Shown here one piece after another: positions 25,265 to 38,596 of a stretch of DNA of 64,000 nucleotides. The notes under the pieces are model-generated. The model did no database searches and was not told the DNA's origin. It saw only the letters and a list, made by a program, of their open reading frames with translations. Origin of the DNA: Octopus sinensis (Eukaryota); NCBI RefSeq assembly GCF_006345805.1, contig NC_042997.1, positions 41,540,001 to 41,604,000 on the forward strand, in the 5' to 3' direction. The position numbers and the translations under genes were made by a program. Each line of letters begins with the position of its first letter. Positions within the stretch are counted from its first letter, which is position 1.

Positions 25265-27495
25265 AATACATATGTATATATATATGTGTGTTATATATAT
25301 ATATATATATATATATACATACATGCATGCATACATACATACATACATACATACATACATACATACATACATACATACATACATACATACAACATACATA
25401 CATACATACATACATACATACTGAACCTGATGTTATTCACTTGTTCCAGAAAAAATTCTTAAAATGTTAGCAGATTAAATTTTGATCATTTTTACCCAAT
25501 GAGAAAATAGGATTTGGAAGCAAGCATTTTGAGCGGGATCGCAAAACAGCGACAAAAGATGATGACATTACGGCGACAAAAAATTCAACGACGGAAGTTT
25601 TAATAAGTTTTAATCAATTAACTTATGTGAAATATCATAACAGGCATGCGAAAAATTACAAAAACGAGAAAAAAACCATATAAACTAAATGGGAATGTTG
25701 AATTACGAAAAAATAACGAAAGTTTGCGATGCAGTTTAGGAGTTTGTAAAAGAAAATTCTGATTTAAGCACCCCATTTGAACGTATATAGTTTTTTTTTT
25801 TTTTTTGGAGTTTTGAGAAAATGTTTGCAAATTTGAGTCCTACTCACGGGAATTCCTATGATTAAGCAAACTTATTTCAAAGCATTTATTAATCCCTTAC
25901 CTTCATACATCCTAAAATTTATACTCTTTTTCAATTTTTTGTTTTTCAAATCAGAGTTTGAAATACAGAGTTTGTCCGAATTGTTTGCCTAAATCCCAGC
26001 AACAGACCACCCTTGACTGCATGATCATTCCATTTAATGAGTTTATAGGAGGAAAAATATTGAAAAACATCAATACATGTCATAGTAGCAAGGAAACGAG
26101 GAAGATGTCAGGTGGTCAGGAGATGTACTAAAAACAACAGCTAAATCGCCATTAACTCACACAGATTTTTACTTCATAATTTTATAATTCCCATATGTAG
26201 AACACAAATTTGTAATAAGTTTCTGAAAATCCCCAAAAATACAGAAAGTTATTTGGGATTATGTGGGGATAATAAAACCAGAATTCCTGCCAATTTTCGT
26301 AATCCCTGTGCCAAATAAACTCGCAGAAACACGAGTCAACTATAGAAGGGAAGGTTTCAGAGTGACAACAACAGACGTGTAAAAGCAAGAATACAAGGTA
26401 ACAGACGAGTAAGGAGGCTACACAACACCTTAGCTTGATACCATGGAAACGGGTGCCAATACATTTGTGGATTTCGAGTGACTAAAGTACAATACAAAAT
26501 TTGTAGATTTATTAAATTATGGGGAAAGTGATTTCCATTTCCATAATTAGCATACAACTCTACATCAATACATGAAATTTGAAATCAATCGGAAAAAAAT
26601 TGAAGGAATTGAAAAGTGAAAGCCAAACAGATGGACAAAATATAATACGTTGAGATCATTCTTGTATCTTGTCTATTTGTATTTTAATTGGTCCAGGTGT
26701 ACCTAGTGTTTTCTGAGAGTTCAATCCAGAAAATCAATCAAGATATTTCTAAATCGTGATATGCTTTAGTCATTGATCATAGGATGTTATCAAACAGTCA
26801 GAATGAGATTCCATTTATGGGTCTTTACTCAATTACTCAATAGAATGTATAGTTCAGAAATATGGGAGTCTCTTCGTGTTCACATCTCTGGTACTACGGA
26901 CATATGATCGGAATGTCGCAGGAACAAATTAAAGGACCGATTCTCAAAACAAAACCAATGGAGTAGAAGAACTAGGGGTAGACCAAAAACGAAATGTTTA
27001 GATCATATTCATAGTCTTAGTTGTTTACGCTAAGGAAACCAACCAAAACGTCTAACGATGGTTGCATCTGATGGGACCCTATGGAGGAGGCCTCTACCCC
27101 AAAACCCTCCCAGGAATATTGAGCAGTGGAAATGGACAGATAGATCAAATGGTTTGACTGTTGGTCGTCTATGTTGATTTTCTAGGTTCTCATATACTTT
27201 TGCCCCCACAAACACTTCTCCTGCCATCTCTTTACCATATTCTCAGATGTAATTTACAATTAATTCTCTTTAAAATCTTCACAATTTTCATCCTATACTT
27301 CAACCTCTTTGTTATTATTTAATCAGCGTTCTTAGAAATAGAGAACGATGTCTTATATATTTTATGTTTCTTAACTACTACTCATTCCTCTATGGACATA
27401 ATGCCTTTGTTGGGTTTATAACAAACTACAGTAAACATCTTTTATAATATTGTTAATGTTGTTGCAGTTATTTCTAACTGTTGTATGTTTTGCAG

Positions 27496-27698
27496 GAAGA
27501 GAATTAGGAATTAAAACTGTTCGATTGGAAATCATCAAAAATGACAATCCCTTTGACACCGTTGAACAGAGCTTCCAGATGCTGTGGAGATGGTTTACAC
27601 ATTGTGATCCAGAGACACGAACACACAGAACACTCAGAAAAGCTCTTGAGAAATGTAAGTGTTTCGATGCACTCGAATGTCTACCTCAGACGATGTAA
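27496..27698 (+). CDS. Terminal exon A: death domain helices 2-6 and stop
   Basis: gttttgcag|GA; phase 1; (G)RELGIKTVRLEIIKNDNPFDTVEQSFQMLWRWFTHCDPETRTHRTLRKALEKCKCFDALECLPQTM*. Confidence 0.9.
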
Positions 27699-27958
27699 AA
27701 TTTTGTGTAAATGATGTAATTGTCTAATCCGAGGTCAATCGTGACCAAACCGAGACCTATAATCAAATGTCTTCTAGCCAGAGCCCTCCTGGCTTTACCC
27801 TTAATGTAGAGAGCCCAGAATCACGTGTCCTATCTGTCCTTCTTTAAAGTGATAATTGTGAATTGGGGAGGATTTAGGTACTAATTCTAGCAGATCTATC
27901 TACCACATAACATAAACTTACTGGTTTGGCTCCTTTCTTCTTAAAGATTAACTTCTGA

Positions 27959-27964
27959 AATAAA
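27959..27964 (+). terminator. Candidate poly(A) signal for exon A
   Basis: AATAAA ~260 nt after the stop, followed by a GT-rich (gtt)n run. Confidence 0.55.
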
Positions 27965-29324
27965 GATAAACTTTGAAATGTTCATTTATTGTTGTTGTTG
28001 TTGTTGTATATCTAATCCCCTCCTTAACACCCCATGGTTATATAGACAGCTTTAATATCTTCTGCAATATTGATAGTTATCTACCTTCATTTTTAGTTTA
28101 GAATAGAATGCCTGGTATATATATAGATGTCTTTTTCCCTTTATATATCCTACAGAGATAGTATTTCTTTCTATATAATATATGATGTATCTAAGGATAT
28201 CTCACCTTGTCCTTTTGTGGTTTAAGACAGGACTCTCCAAAGTGGTTGAATAAAATTTCAGGGGGTTTTGAGTGCAATATACAATTTATTTTTTTATATT
28301 CTTACTTCAGGATCATCGTTATTTACTAATTACTGCAATTTTTCTCAGTAAAAAACAAAACTCACCGATTGTACATTATAAAAGCAAATCAGCAATTTAT
28401 GTATTTAATAATTGTTCTGAAAAATCCTGTCAGAATAAAATAATGGTGCAACATTGGTTATTATAATTCCATGTGATTTCAAATAACTCCTCTTAAATAA
28501 ATTCAGCTAAAGGTAGAGTACAATTTTTCCCTACAATATTTACCTTCATACTACTCCACTGTTATTACAAGTTATTTTAATTTGAAATTAAATTTCAATT
28601 TCTTACAGCAGAGACCAAGATTAAATAGGTAAAATACATGAAACCTTTATGTACATTATAAGATGTGACAGGAAGCTCTACCGAGCAGACTTTTGTCGAA
28701 GGGGAAAGGAAGACTAATAAGTATTATCCACGCCTTACTGGATTCTTTTCTGATTGAAGGGGACAAATATGGAAATTAAATAAAAAAAGGTATTTGAAAT
28801 AGATAAAAAAAGGACTTCATTCAGAAAATTATTATTAAAAATGTTTCGTTTTAAAACAAAATTATTCTAAATACAATGAGAATTTATGCTTCTGATTTTT
28901 GCTTGAATAGCTGGGGTTGAAATATTCATACATTATATGTGAGTAAATAATACACAGCAAAATAGTAAAGTTGTTCAAAGCAGTAGGTTACTGTTTATAT
29001 TGACCAGCTGGAGCAAATTTAATTTAACATTTAATGTACAGCTAATAAACTGATTTATAAAAGTGCGAGTTTTTTATAAAGTGAGAAAACGTAAGACTTT
29101 TAGTGACTTTATAAAACTAAAAAGAGTAACTTCAAACTTTGATGACCCCCCCTAGACAAATTCCTTTACTGACTGAGATCTTTGTCTTGTTCTGGTCAAT
29201 GACTGTCAAAGAAATTTTCATATTTTAAAAGCATCAAAAGGAAAATATGTTGCCCAGAGAAGAGACGTTGGATTTGTCAAATTAAAAAAGCACAGAGAAT
29301 AATGATGATATACCATCACCAATT

Positions 29325-29400
29325 ACGGTGAACTGGACATCTTCTTCATATTAATGATCAGAGAATCCCTAAACAGATGCTATATGTTAAATTGTACTCT
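29325..29400 (+). mobile_element. Short RTE (BovB-like) remnant
   Basis: Translates approximately QLR.TGHLLHINDQRIPKQMLY. Confidence 0.5.
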
Positions 29401-29799
29401 TCGTTTATACTTGTGGCACTTTCCATAAACAAGGATAAGAACTGCGTAAAGATTTCTTTGAAGGCACGAGAAATATGAGATGTTAATTGTGAAATCAATA
29501 ATTATCATCGCCATAAACTGAAAAAATATATAAGGAAAGGAGTAAGTATTTTTGGAAATACACGGATTTTTCATACTGATTTTAAGAATGCTGTAAGAAA
29601 AGAGAGCACAAGTGGATATTTGCAGCCGTGAATGTTTATCAAGAGCTGGACTTAGGCCCAGGACCAGCGAAATCACAAATGATGGGAGATAATTCTCAAC
29701 ACCTAACAATGTAGGAGAAGGGAGGCTGGTATAAATGTATGCGTATATATTTTATATATACATATGTGTGTGTGTGTGTGTGCGCGCACATGTGTAAAG

Positions 29800-30050
29800 A
29801 TGGAACGTGGCTTAGTGGTTAGGTTGTCGTCCTCTCACTCGCCGGATCGTGGTATTAGTCCCTAGACTGGGTGGTGCGTTGTATTCTTGCGCAAAACATT
29901 TCATCTCGTGTTGCTCTGGTACCATTCCGACACCTGACACGTGATACACCGTCCACCCGTTCAGACAACGTCGATTTGATGGAGAGAGAGAGAACTAATG
30001 TGCGGTAAGACGAACATTTGATCACTATAAACAATTTATTTGTGCATTGG
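29800..30050 (+). mobile_element. Degraded tRNA-derived SINE (second family)
   Basis: Head cgtggcttagtggttagg (A-box-like), similar to the head at 48625. Confidence 0.55.
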
Positions 30051-30148
30051 AATTAGGCACTAATTAGGAGACAGCGAGTCACTCAGGTATAATCCGCACA
30101 GCTCGAAATCAGGTGAATAAAAAGCAAATAGGTAACAAGGATGCCCAA

Positions 30149-30652
30149 GTATTAGTGCATTACGGCCGTTTCAGGCGGCGCCATTTAATCGATCAATGCA
30201 AACATTACATCAATTTGCAATACACCGCCTTCCCTGGATTCATAAGACCATACAGCTTTAAAGATACTGGATACACCATTATAAATTTTTTAACAAATTT
30301 TTCATCAGAAATAGAGAATAAAAGAATTACATGCTTGTTGCTATTACTCTAGCAGAATGAACTTAGGGAGAACATACTATAATTTGGAGTGGCAGAAGAG
30401 AATAACAATGGGGGTGAGGGGATGGTAATATAGCTGCATTTATCTTTCACCTTATTACAATCAATAAACCTAATGCAGTTACTATTCTGCATCCACTTAC
30501 AATTTTGCTTCAAATATTGTAATGGAGTATCCTGTCTGTTGAAAACTTATATGGCTTTATGCCTCCAAGGAAGGCGGTGTATTTCAAATTGAGATAATGT
30601 ATGCATTTGGTTGATTAAATGTGGCTGCTTGAAACAGCCGTAGTGCACTAAT
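30149..30652. mobile_element. MITE-like element with ~140-bp terminal inverted repeats
   Basis: 30149-30292 (attagtgcattacggccgtttcagg...aatacaccgccttccctgg...) is the imperfect reverse complement of 30505-30652. Confidence 0.75.
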
Positions 30653-30678
30653 CCCTGAACATCATTGTTACTTATTTC

Positions 30679-30730
<52 letters not shown>

Positions 30731-31047
30731 GTGTGTGTGTGTGTGTGTGTGTATTAGAGTAAGAGAGAGAGAGAGTGAGAGAGAGACAAAGGGATTCAAT
30801 GATACTGTTAACAGTAAGCTAAAATGTGACAAATATGTTTAAATCAAAAGATCAATAAATAATCGCTAAGTCAAACAAACGAAGGAAAGAAAGAATGAAT
30901 GAATGAGCTTAAGAAAGGAAGAAGAGAACTGAAAGAACAAAGAAAGAAAAGACAGCTTCAGAAAGAAGAAATCAATATACTGGGAAATTTATGAAGACAT
31001 TGCTGGAAATTAAGATACGAATTAAATAGATCGATAGTTATTATAGA

Positions 31048-31426
31048 CTAGCAGTATCGCCCGGCATTGCTCGGGTTTGTAAGGGAAATAACTATATAAG
31101 CATTTTTAGAGATGTAAAGTATAATAGCCATCTCAATAAGGTGGGGTGTTACTGTAGCTTTTTACGTTCTGAGATTTAATAAATTTTTAGAGAGTTACTT
31201 CCCTTATATATGCCAAAAATGCATTAAAAATGGGAAAAATTGATGGTAATTTTTTTTTAAATTGTAGACTCATCGTAGACGCGCGCTAATACCCAGAAGG
31301 GCTCGATATGAATCACGACTATAAGATACCCGGTTTTGGTTAAACTGCACCGCAAAATGTGGGAGTAGTTAGGAATCTAAATCGTAGGAGACAGTCAGCA
31401 CACAACCTCACTTTTATATGTAAAGA
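31048..31426 (-). mobile_element. Non-autonomous Helitron
   Basis: The minus strand begins TC after A (31427) and ends with a cccgagcaatgccggg hairpin, 8 nt, then CTAG before T (31047): canonical A|TC...CTAG|T, no TSD. Confidence 0.85.
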
Positions 31427-31489
31427 TATCATCCTTTGATCGATATGACACCAATTGTGAAGAAAGTCGAATTGAAGTGATTATAGTAT

Positions 31490-31626
31490 TCAGATCATAT
31501 TTCTCGGAATTGTGACGTCATAATCTCTTTTGGAGTAATTATGAGAGAGAGAGAAAGAGAGAGAGACAGAGAGACAGAGAAAGCGAGAGAGAAAGAGAGA
31601 GTGAAAGAGAAAGTGAGAGAGAAAGT

Positions 31627-31666
<40 letters not shown>

Positions 31667-32280
31667 GATAGTAAATATGTGTATCGAAACGTAGGCAGAG
31701 GAGGAGTTAAAACAGAAAGTAGGAGAGGGGAAGGCTACTGTAACAGGTATTGTAGGGAGTGACCAACATGAAGGGAGAGAGAGAGAGGGGGAGAGATAGA
31801 AGGAGAGACAGAGGCAGAGACTGAGATAGTTAGAGGGGGAGAGTGCGCAGAAGAGAAAGAGAAGCCGAACGATAAATATATTTACTAATAGAGGAAGGGT
31901 ATGAGGTAATAATGAAAGCTGGGTGCGAGAGTCATACTGAATTATATAGCAAGATGGAAGGAGAGAAAGAAAGTAAGGATAATTACTCTTATTAGAGCCC
32001 TTTTTAGTTTCAACTCCAACATCTTCCACATCACTGGTTTGTTTTTCGTTTGACATCTAACAATTTCACATTTTTACACTTCTGCTTCTTAAACTAGAAC
32101 TTCACAATCTAGAACCCGCAATCGTCACACAACCTCTATAGTCGAGAGACCAGCTACAAATCACAGCCAAATCTCATATAAGAAATGATAATGTGTAAAA
32201 CTTGTTTATAATTTTTCTATTTTCTGATTGGCATTTGGTCAGAAAACTCCAAAGATAAACCTGCAAAGGCTTAATTAAGA
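31490..32280 (+). repeat. Dispersed GA-rich repeat 'X', copy 1
   Basis: Shares ataaatatattt..taatagaggaagggtatgaggtaata and cacagccaaatctca.ataagaaatgataa with 35390-36600 (-), 57130-58250 (+) and 60180-64000 (+). Confidence 0.75.
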
Positions 32281-33009
32281 AAATAGCCATTCAATGTAAT
32301 GTGAGGATTAATGAGAATTTTTATCTAACAGAATATTTTTACATAAAGAAGAAAAGAAAGGAAATAATTAAAAATACAAAAGATGAGATTAATGAGAAGG
32401 AAAAAAGCAGATTTGAAACTAATTTCGATGCTTCTTTAAAATATTTACAATTTTCGAAATATTTATGAAAACAAAATTGTGTTCGTATATTCTTTTACAT
32501 ATTGCATTCATTTGGCTCGGTCATACTGGGGCACCTCCTTAAATAGTTTCCTTAATCAGATCAACGCTTATAAGTCTATCAGTTCCTTTTACGGAAGCGA
32601 CGAGTTGCGACGGAGTAAACAAACTAACACCGGTCTTCACACGGTGATGCGAGACAACGTCAAACACGAACACAATCACACACACAACTACACAACGGGC
32701 TTCCATTCTTTCCAGAATTGGTCCATCCAAGGGTATAGTACTAAACACTGAAAAACACTTGCCTAATATACCATGTACTGAGATTGAACTAGAAACCACT
32801 TGGTTGCGAAGCAAATTTTTTAACTGCAAAGTCACATCTTGCCTACAAAGTCTTTCCATGCTTAAAATGAAACCGTCTCCAATTTATTTCCAGTTGCGAG
32901 AATTATGTGTAACTTTGAAAGTTGTAATGTTCGCTACGTTTAGAGAAATAGTAAAGTTATTTTGAGCTATTTCGAACCAGACACTCAACACCACCGCCAT
33001 GTTTTTTCC

Positions 33010-33380
33010 CAAGTATAGAGAACCCAGAACCACCTTGTCTTTAAGATGATAAATTTTGAATGGAGTAGGATTCGGGTACTAATTATAGCAGATCTTTGTT
33101 TGGATCCCTTTTTGTTGGAGATTAACTTTGGAAATAACGATAAACTTTGAAATGTCATTTGTTGTTGCTGTTGTTGTAAGCCCCGGCCTCTCCCTAAACA
33201 CTTCCATTGTTACATAAACAGTTTTAAAACTCTGTGGAAGTTTCAAGAAAAAAAAATGAAATTCAATTTTGTGAAACTTACTTAAAATGCATATTTTGCT
33301 GTCAAGTAGAACTTCTTAGTTTACTCGATTGTTAGTAAAATACGGTTTCTGTTTCTCTCAGCCAATAATTTACCATAAGG
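33010..33380 (+). repeat. Exon-less third copy (B) of the block downstream of the death-domain exon
   Basis: Colinear with 27790-28070 and 48190-48605 (agtatagagaac..., ctaatt.tagcagatct, gataaactttgaaat, ctccctaaacac); the AATAAA position reads AATAAC (33133-33138). Confidence 0.75.
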
Positions 33381-33384
33381 CTTC

Positions 33385-35000
33385 ATCCAAACTCTAGTAA
33401 ATTGAAACTTACAGCTGGTCACGTGAGAAGAATTGTGTTGGAAGATATATTCCAATTTGTTTAAATGTCTGTCCCTGTGCCTTGTTGCATGTCAAGGCAA
33501 AGAGTGGTTCCACAGGAAAATGTTTGTATGGTAACTATGAATGGGAACTCAATTCATTGAGACCCATTTGGAATCCCTGAGATTGATCCTGCAAAAGAAC
33601 CACAAGCAACCCCAGCATCAATAATAAGATCTTGGAAGCAGATAATAACGTAGCCTGTGTCATTGCAATGGTCTTGTTTAGCATCTAAATTCTTCAAAAG
33701 CCTAATGCAGCCTCTTGTCTTTAGTGTGAGGATATGTCCATGGAAACCCTGATGGTAGGAGTTCGTTGATGAATTTGATTAGGTACAGAGCTTCATTATC
33801 AACTGTATCTGAGCTTCTGCATATCTTTACCTCACCAGGGATCCTGGTCAACATGAATTCATTTACAAATTGTGATATTTCATTTGTTGGAGTAATAATG
33901 GGTCTGTTTGCAAGACACATGGGGTCTGTGAAATTATTTGCAAGACAACATCACATAAACTTGACAGGCCAAAGTTGTAAAGCAGGTTGATTTTGGATGC
34001 ACCTAGACTTTGTTCGACAGAAATATCACCATTTCCAGCATCAAAATGGTGATTAACAGACTCTTTTTCATCAGAATGACCTTTTGTAAGGAGTCTTAGA
34101 TTAGTTCCTATCTTCACTATTTCTACTCAATCCTCAAGAAAAGATCTGCATCAACAAATTATAATCTTCCAAGATGACATAACTGCAAGAATTTGTTTTC
34201 TATCACCAGACAGTAATATAGTAAATTCACAAACAGGTTTGTTACAGTCTCACACATCATGCAATCCCGTTTCAAAGCACTCACAGAGATGCTTAGGCAC
34301 CATCCTGGTCCCATCGATAACTAAGAGACCAGATTGAGGCACAAATTCTCTTGTGGCATCACTCTTTGTGAGTCTTAATGTTGATTTTGTTGTCTCACTG
34401 AGAGAAATCCTAGACATAGAATGAAGAACTCTCCCTTTCAGAAGCAAAGTGGTTGCAATAGCAGACGTGGCAGTAGCGACTATCAAGTATGATGTTGATC
34501 ACATAGGTTTTCCCTGTGCCACCATTTGCATTTAAGAACAGAAGTTTTCCTTCTTTTACTATTTATGGACCTGATAGCTTTATCAAAATCTAGTCGTTGT
34601 TCAATGTCTAAAGTTGGTAGAAGTTTATTAATACATATTTTTGCCTTAAAAATGGTTTCTTCTCTAAGCCCAATTGGAATATTAGCTACTTCAACAATTC
34701 TTGTATCTGGTCAAGGAAGACCATTGTGGCTGTAGATATGGAAGCTGTCAACTTCAAGCTTCCTTTGGATATTTATAAGAAAAATCTTCACTTTCCGTTT
34801 AGAGACGATTTCTTCATTGTTCTGGTGCATATTTTCTTCAGCAACATAAATCTTCCAGAAAACAGGACGATCACCTGGCATGCATATTTCAGTTGGGACA
34901 GAAAATCGATTTTATTTTATTTTGTAAGTGGTTTTATCGGGATTCGTGCTTTCAACACTTGGATACGTAAAACAAGACATTATCGAGATGGATGTCAGCC
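33385..35000 (-). mobile_element. Helitron RepHel remnant (PIF1-family helicase), pseudogenised
   Basis: Walker A GGTGKT (~34504-34522), VATATSAIATTLL..GRVLHS...LLVID (motif Ia-II), ALY.IEFINELLPSG.P and NKAQGQTFKQIGIYLPTQFFSRDQL (motif V-VI); no HUH Rep motifs seen. Confidence 0.85.
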
Positions 35001-35389
35001 AAATTAAAATAAACAAACTCTCGCCTACAGCAGGAACAAACCGATCTCTTCTCTCCATAAATACACGCGGACGTTCAACTATAAGAAACATGTATTCCAA
35101 AATTTTCTTTCTTTTAAAAATGGAAATTACATTTTAAATTAAACATATTTTTTTTTCCTATTACCTAAATATATTCGCAAATTTTAGGATTTAGTTCACT
35201 TTTTTCCTATTCCATGGCATTCACTTCTTTCCTGTTCCATTCACATCACTTCCGGTCCGATCCCTTTCCTCTCGTATTTGACTCTCACATTTTTGCAGCT
35301 TAAAATATGACGACAACCGGTGCACGGCTGCACTAAACTGTACTAGCCTTGCATATTCTTGCCCTCCCCTCTTTGTATTGCTCAGGCAC

Positions 35390-36424
35390 TGGCTTATCTT
35401 TGGGGTTTTCTGACCAAATGCCATTCAGAAAATAGAAAATAAATTTATTTTCAAGAAAATAAGAAAAAAAATGATAAAAACGTTTCATACTTTATCATGT
35501 GAGATTTGGCTGTTGCTTCTAGCAGGTGCAACCACAATCGAGGCTGTGTGACGATTGCAGGGAGGAGTGAAGCTAAGGGGTAAGAATCGTAATATTAAAA
35601 AAGCGAAATTTTTAGATGTCAAACGAAAAACGAATTAGTGATGAAGAGAAGTGTTCGATATTTATTGATAATATATTATAAACACTTCGATCTATTATTT
35701 GCATTAAATTATATTTGGAAATCTTCACAAACTGCGCAGTAAAACAGATTTTATTTCGCATAAAAGAAAATAATAAAATTTAAAGTAAAAAGGATCTAAT
35801 AAGAGTTATTATTCTTACCGATTCAACGTTGACGCCTCCCACTACATCGTATACGTGTCTCCGCCCATTTTTGCTTCCTTTATTAACTCATACTCTTCCT
35901 CTATTGGTAAATATATTTATTATTCTCTCGCGCTCTCTCCCTCTTTTTATGTCTCTCTGTCTCTTCCTCGTCTCCTCCGTCTCTCACCTCATCATAAATT
36001 ACCCAATGCTTCCCCCCTCCCTTGCTTTCTGTCTTAACTCCCCTGCTCTCTTTCTTATTAAACACAAATAGCGTTTTCTTTCTCCCGCCCTCAAAACATA
36101 TCCACCCACTTCTCCCTCTTTGTCTCCTTTCTCTCAGCACCTCATTATATATTCATTTTTAACCACCCCGCCTGCCTTACTATATCGTTCACCTCATCCT
36201 CTCCCTCACTTCCTAAACGTATATATATCAGTTCCCCCTCTCTCTATCTCTCTCTCACGCACTCACTCACACACTCTCTCTGCTACCTCATATATTAATA
36301 TATCCCTCCCCTTCCTTAGGTTTTCTCTCCTTTTTCTTTCCCTCTCAGCACCCCACACATTACTGTTTCCCTCCCCCTCCCCTAGATTTCCCTATCTCTC
36401 TTTTTCCTTTCTTTCTCTCTCCTT

Positions 36425-36462
<38 letters not shown>

Positions 36463-36600
36463 TCTCTCTCTCTCTCTCCTCTGCCACCTAATACATTAAT
36501 ATATCCCTCCTCTTCCTTAGGTTTTCTTTCTCTCTCGTTCCTTTTCTTTCTTTTTTCTCTCCTCCCCCACCTCCTTATATCTTACCCTTTCCCTCTTCCT
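35390..36600 (-). repeat. Dispersed repeat 'X', copy 2, lying 5' of the Helitron helicase on the same strand
   Basis: Reverse complement of X1/X3, e.g. gagatttggctgttgcttctagc and tctttggggttttctgaccaaatgccattcag versus 32230-32262. Confidence 0.75.
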
Positions 36601-37055
36601 CTCTTTTTCTTTTCCAAATAAATCATATTTTCAGATTTACCTTAAAATTTCTCTCTCGCTAATTATTTACCAGAAGCTAATTATTTAACTAACGATTGCG
36701 GCGAGTTGGCAGAAACTGATGTTCTATGTCCCCAATGTTTGTAGTGTCCCCTCTGTGTGGCCCCTCGTGGGTAATAAAGAAATAAACAGCGGACCGGTTT
36801 TTTTTTTATTTTTCCTCGGAGTACATCAAACATTTCTCTGTTGCTGCAAATCGTTGTGTGAGTTCGATTCCGTTTGTCTCCTTTGCTGTGTGTTACACGC
36901 ATAATAATTTTTGAACTGTTTTTGACCCAGTAATTTTCGCTCTTCGGGGTAGAAAATTTCTGTGTGTTTTTTTTTTTTTGTGTGAACTCTTAACCTGTAT
37001 AGGTTATTTTTAAAAATTCCCTTGTCATTTCTGACAAGTTTTTCGTTGTCTAATA

Positions 37056-38140
37056 TGGAACTAGACTTAAATTCCAAAAAAGACTTTCCCGAAATGGGAG
37101 AAGGTACAACTGTCATCAAACAAAAGGAGACACAGGCAAAACCTAGTTTTTCGGACGCCGTAGGTGGCGAAGTGGAAGAAATGGAAGTATCTATGGAAAA
37201 ACTCTTTAAGTTCAGAAAGTATGTACAAAAAAGTGGTGAAGGAACACGATTGATACCGCCCTCTGAGACTATACAGGCAATACGTGAAAAGATGGTCATT
37301 TATAAGGTGTATAATATAAAAGAGAAACGAATGACCGACGTGAAAAATGAAATGGTCGAGAAATGTATGGCACCAATATGGAGCAAAGTTCGTCATGTCA
37401 GCCGAGGTGCGAGAAGCGTCACAATAGAAGCGCACTTTGAGTCGGCTGACGAAGCAAGGCAAATTTCAACGCAAACGTTAAAAAACGAGCATATTATACT
37501 ACTACCCTTGTATTTGGGGTGTAGAACAGCAAAAGTGACACTGGGGGACATACCAAGGGGCTACGATGTGATGTGGGCGGCAACAGCGGTCATATTTGAT
37601 GTAGAATCAAAATTAACAGTTTTGAGCATGAGAAAAAAATAGCAAAACATTGGAAAGGCCAACAGCTGGAAATGATTATCCAAGCAGAAAATGCGACGCT
37701 GGAAAGCTTACCAGATAGAGTCCTCGTGGGGGAGGGGCATACCATACGAGTTTCGGTAGAAGGACCCAGGCCCAGATGTTTTAAGTGCGGGCAAAAGGGC
37801 CATGTTCGCTCCGTATGTACAAAGAAAAAAATAATACGGTCAGTGCCCCCCGCCTCAAAACGCTGTGAAAAACACAGAGAGCAACAAAGTGGACAACACA
37901 GTAACAACTAACGAAAACAAGGAAAAAAAGGAAAAACAAACCGAACTCGAAAAAGGGGAGGAAGAAAAGAACGGAAAAGAAAATGAGAAAGGAAAGGAGG
38001 AAGAAAATAATATAACAAAAATAAATGTGCAAGAAGAAGAAATGGAATTTACGAATGTGTCTAACAAAAGGAAAAAATCTAACACCCCTGACTCCCCATC
38101 CCTCACAAAAAAGAAAAATGCAGACGAACAACAATTTTAA
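37056..38140 (+). pseudogene. Tx1 #1 ORF1 (gag-like, zinc knuckle), frameshifted
   Basis: MELDLNSKKDF...HFESADEARQ...LLPLYLG; VSVEGPRPRCFKCGQKGHVRSVC; K/E-rich tail; split over three ORF segments by frameshifts. Confidence 0.85.
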
Positions 38141-38596
38141 AAAATTCTCCAATCCCATCCCGCTGGTACTACGTTTGTAGGACAGCATTTTAACAAACGT
38201 CACCCCCCAACTTTAAAAGGGTTTAAACCCAATGAGAAATGTATAGCCTACACTACCAGAAATGAGAGAGTTGTAAAATTTGTGAAAGCAAGAGCGCAAA
38301 TCAAATGCTACAAAACGACAGAGAAGGACGCGGAATGGAGATATGCAAAAGTCGGCGAAGAGGAATGGAAGGAAAGACTCTTCCAAGAACATGTAAAGGC
38401 CGGTTACATCAAGGATGTCACCCAGGAGGTGATAGCTGGGAGAATGCACGTCAGCCCGGCAGCCATAACAACCCAGAGCCCGGTGGCAACGCCGGTGAAA
38501 CACCCAGCAACAACGGCGAGTGTGGGGGAGGCAGGCAGAAATAACCTGTCAGGCTCCCTCTCGCAACCGTAAGTAAATTATTTTCCTTTTTTTTCG

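Noticed and set aside
32300-33010. Expected third death-domain exon upstream of block B
   Set aside because: No RELGI/EQSFQML-like coding remnant found by eye; the region is degraded SINE and repeat X sequence.
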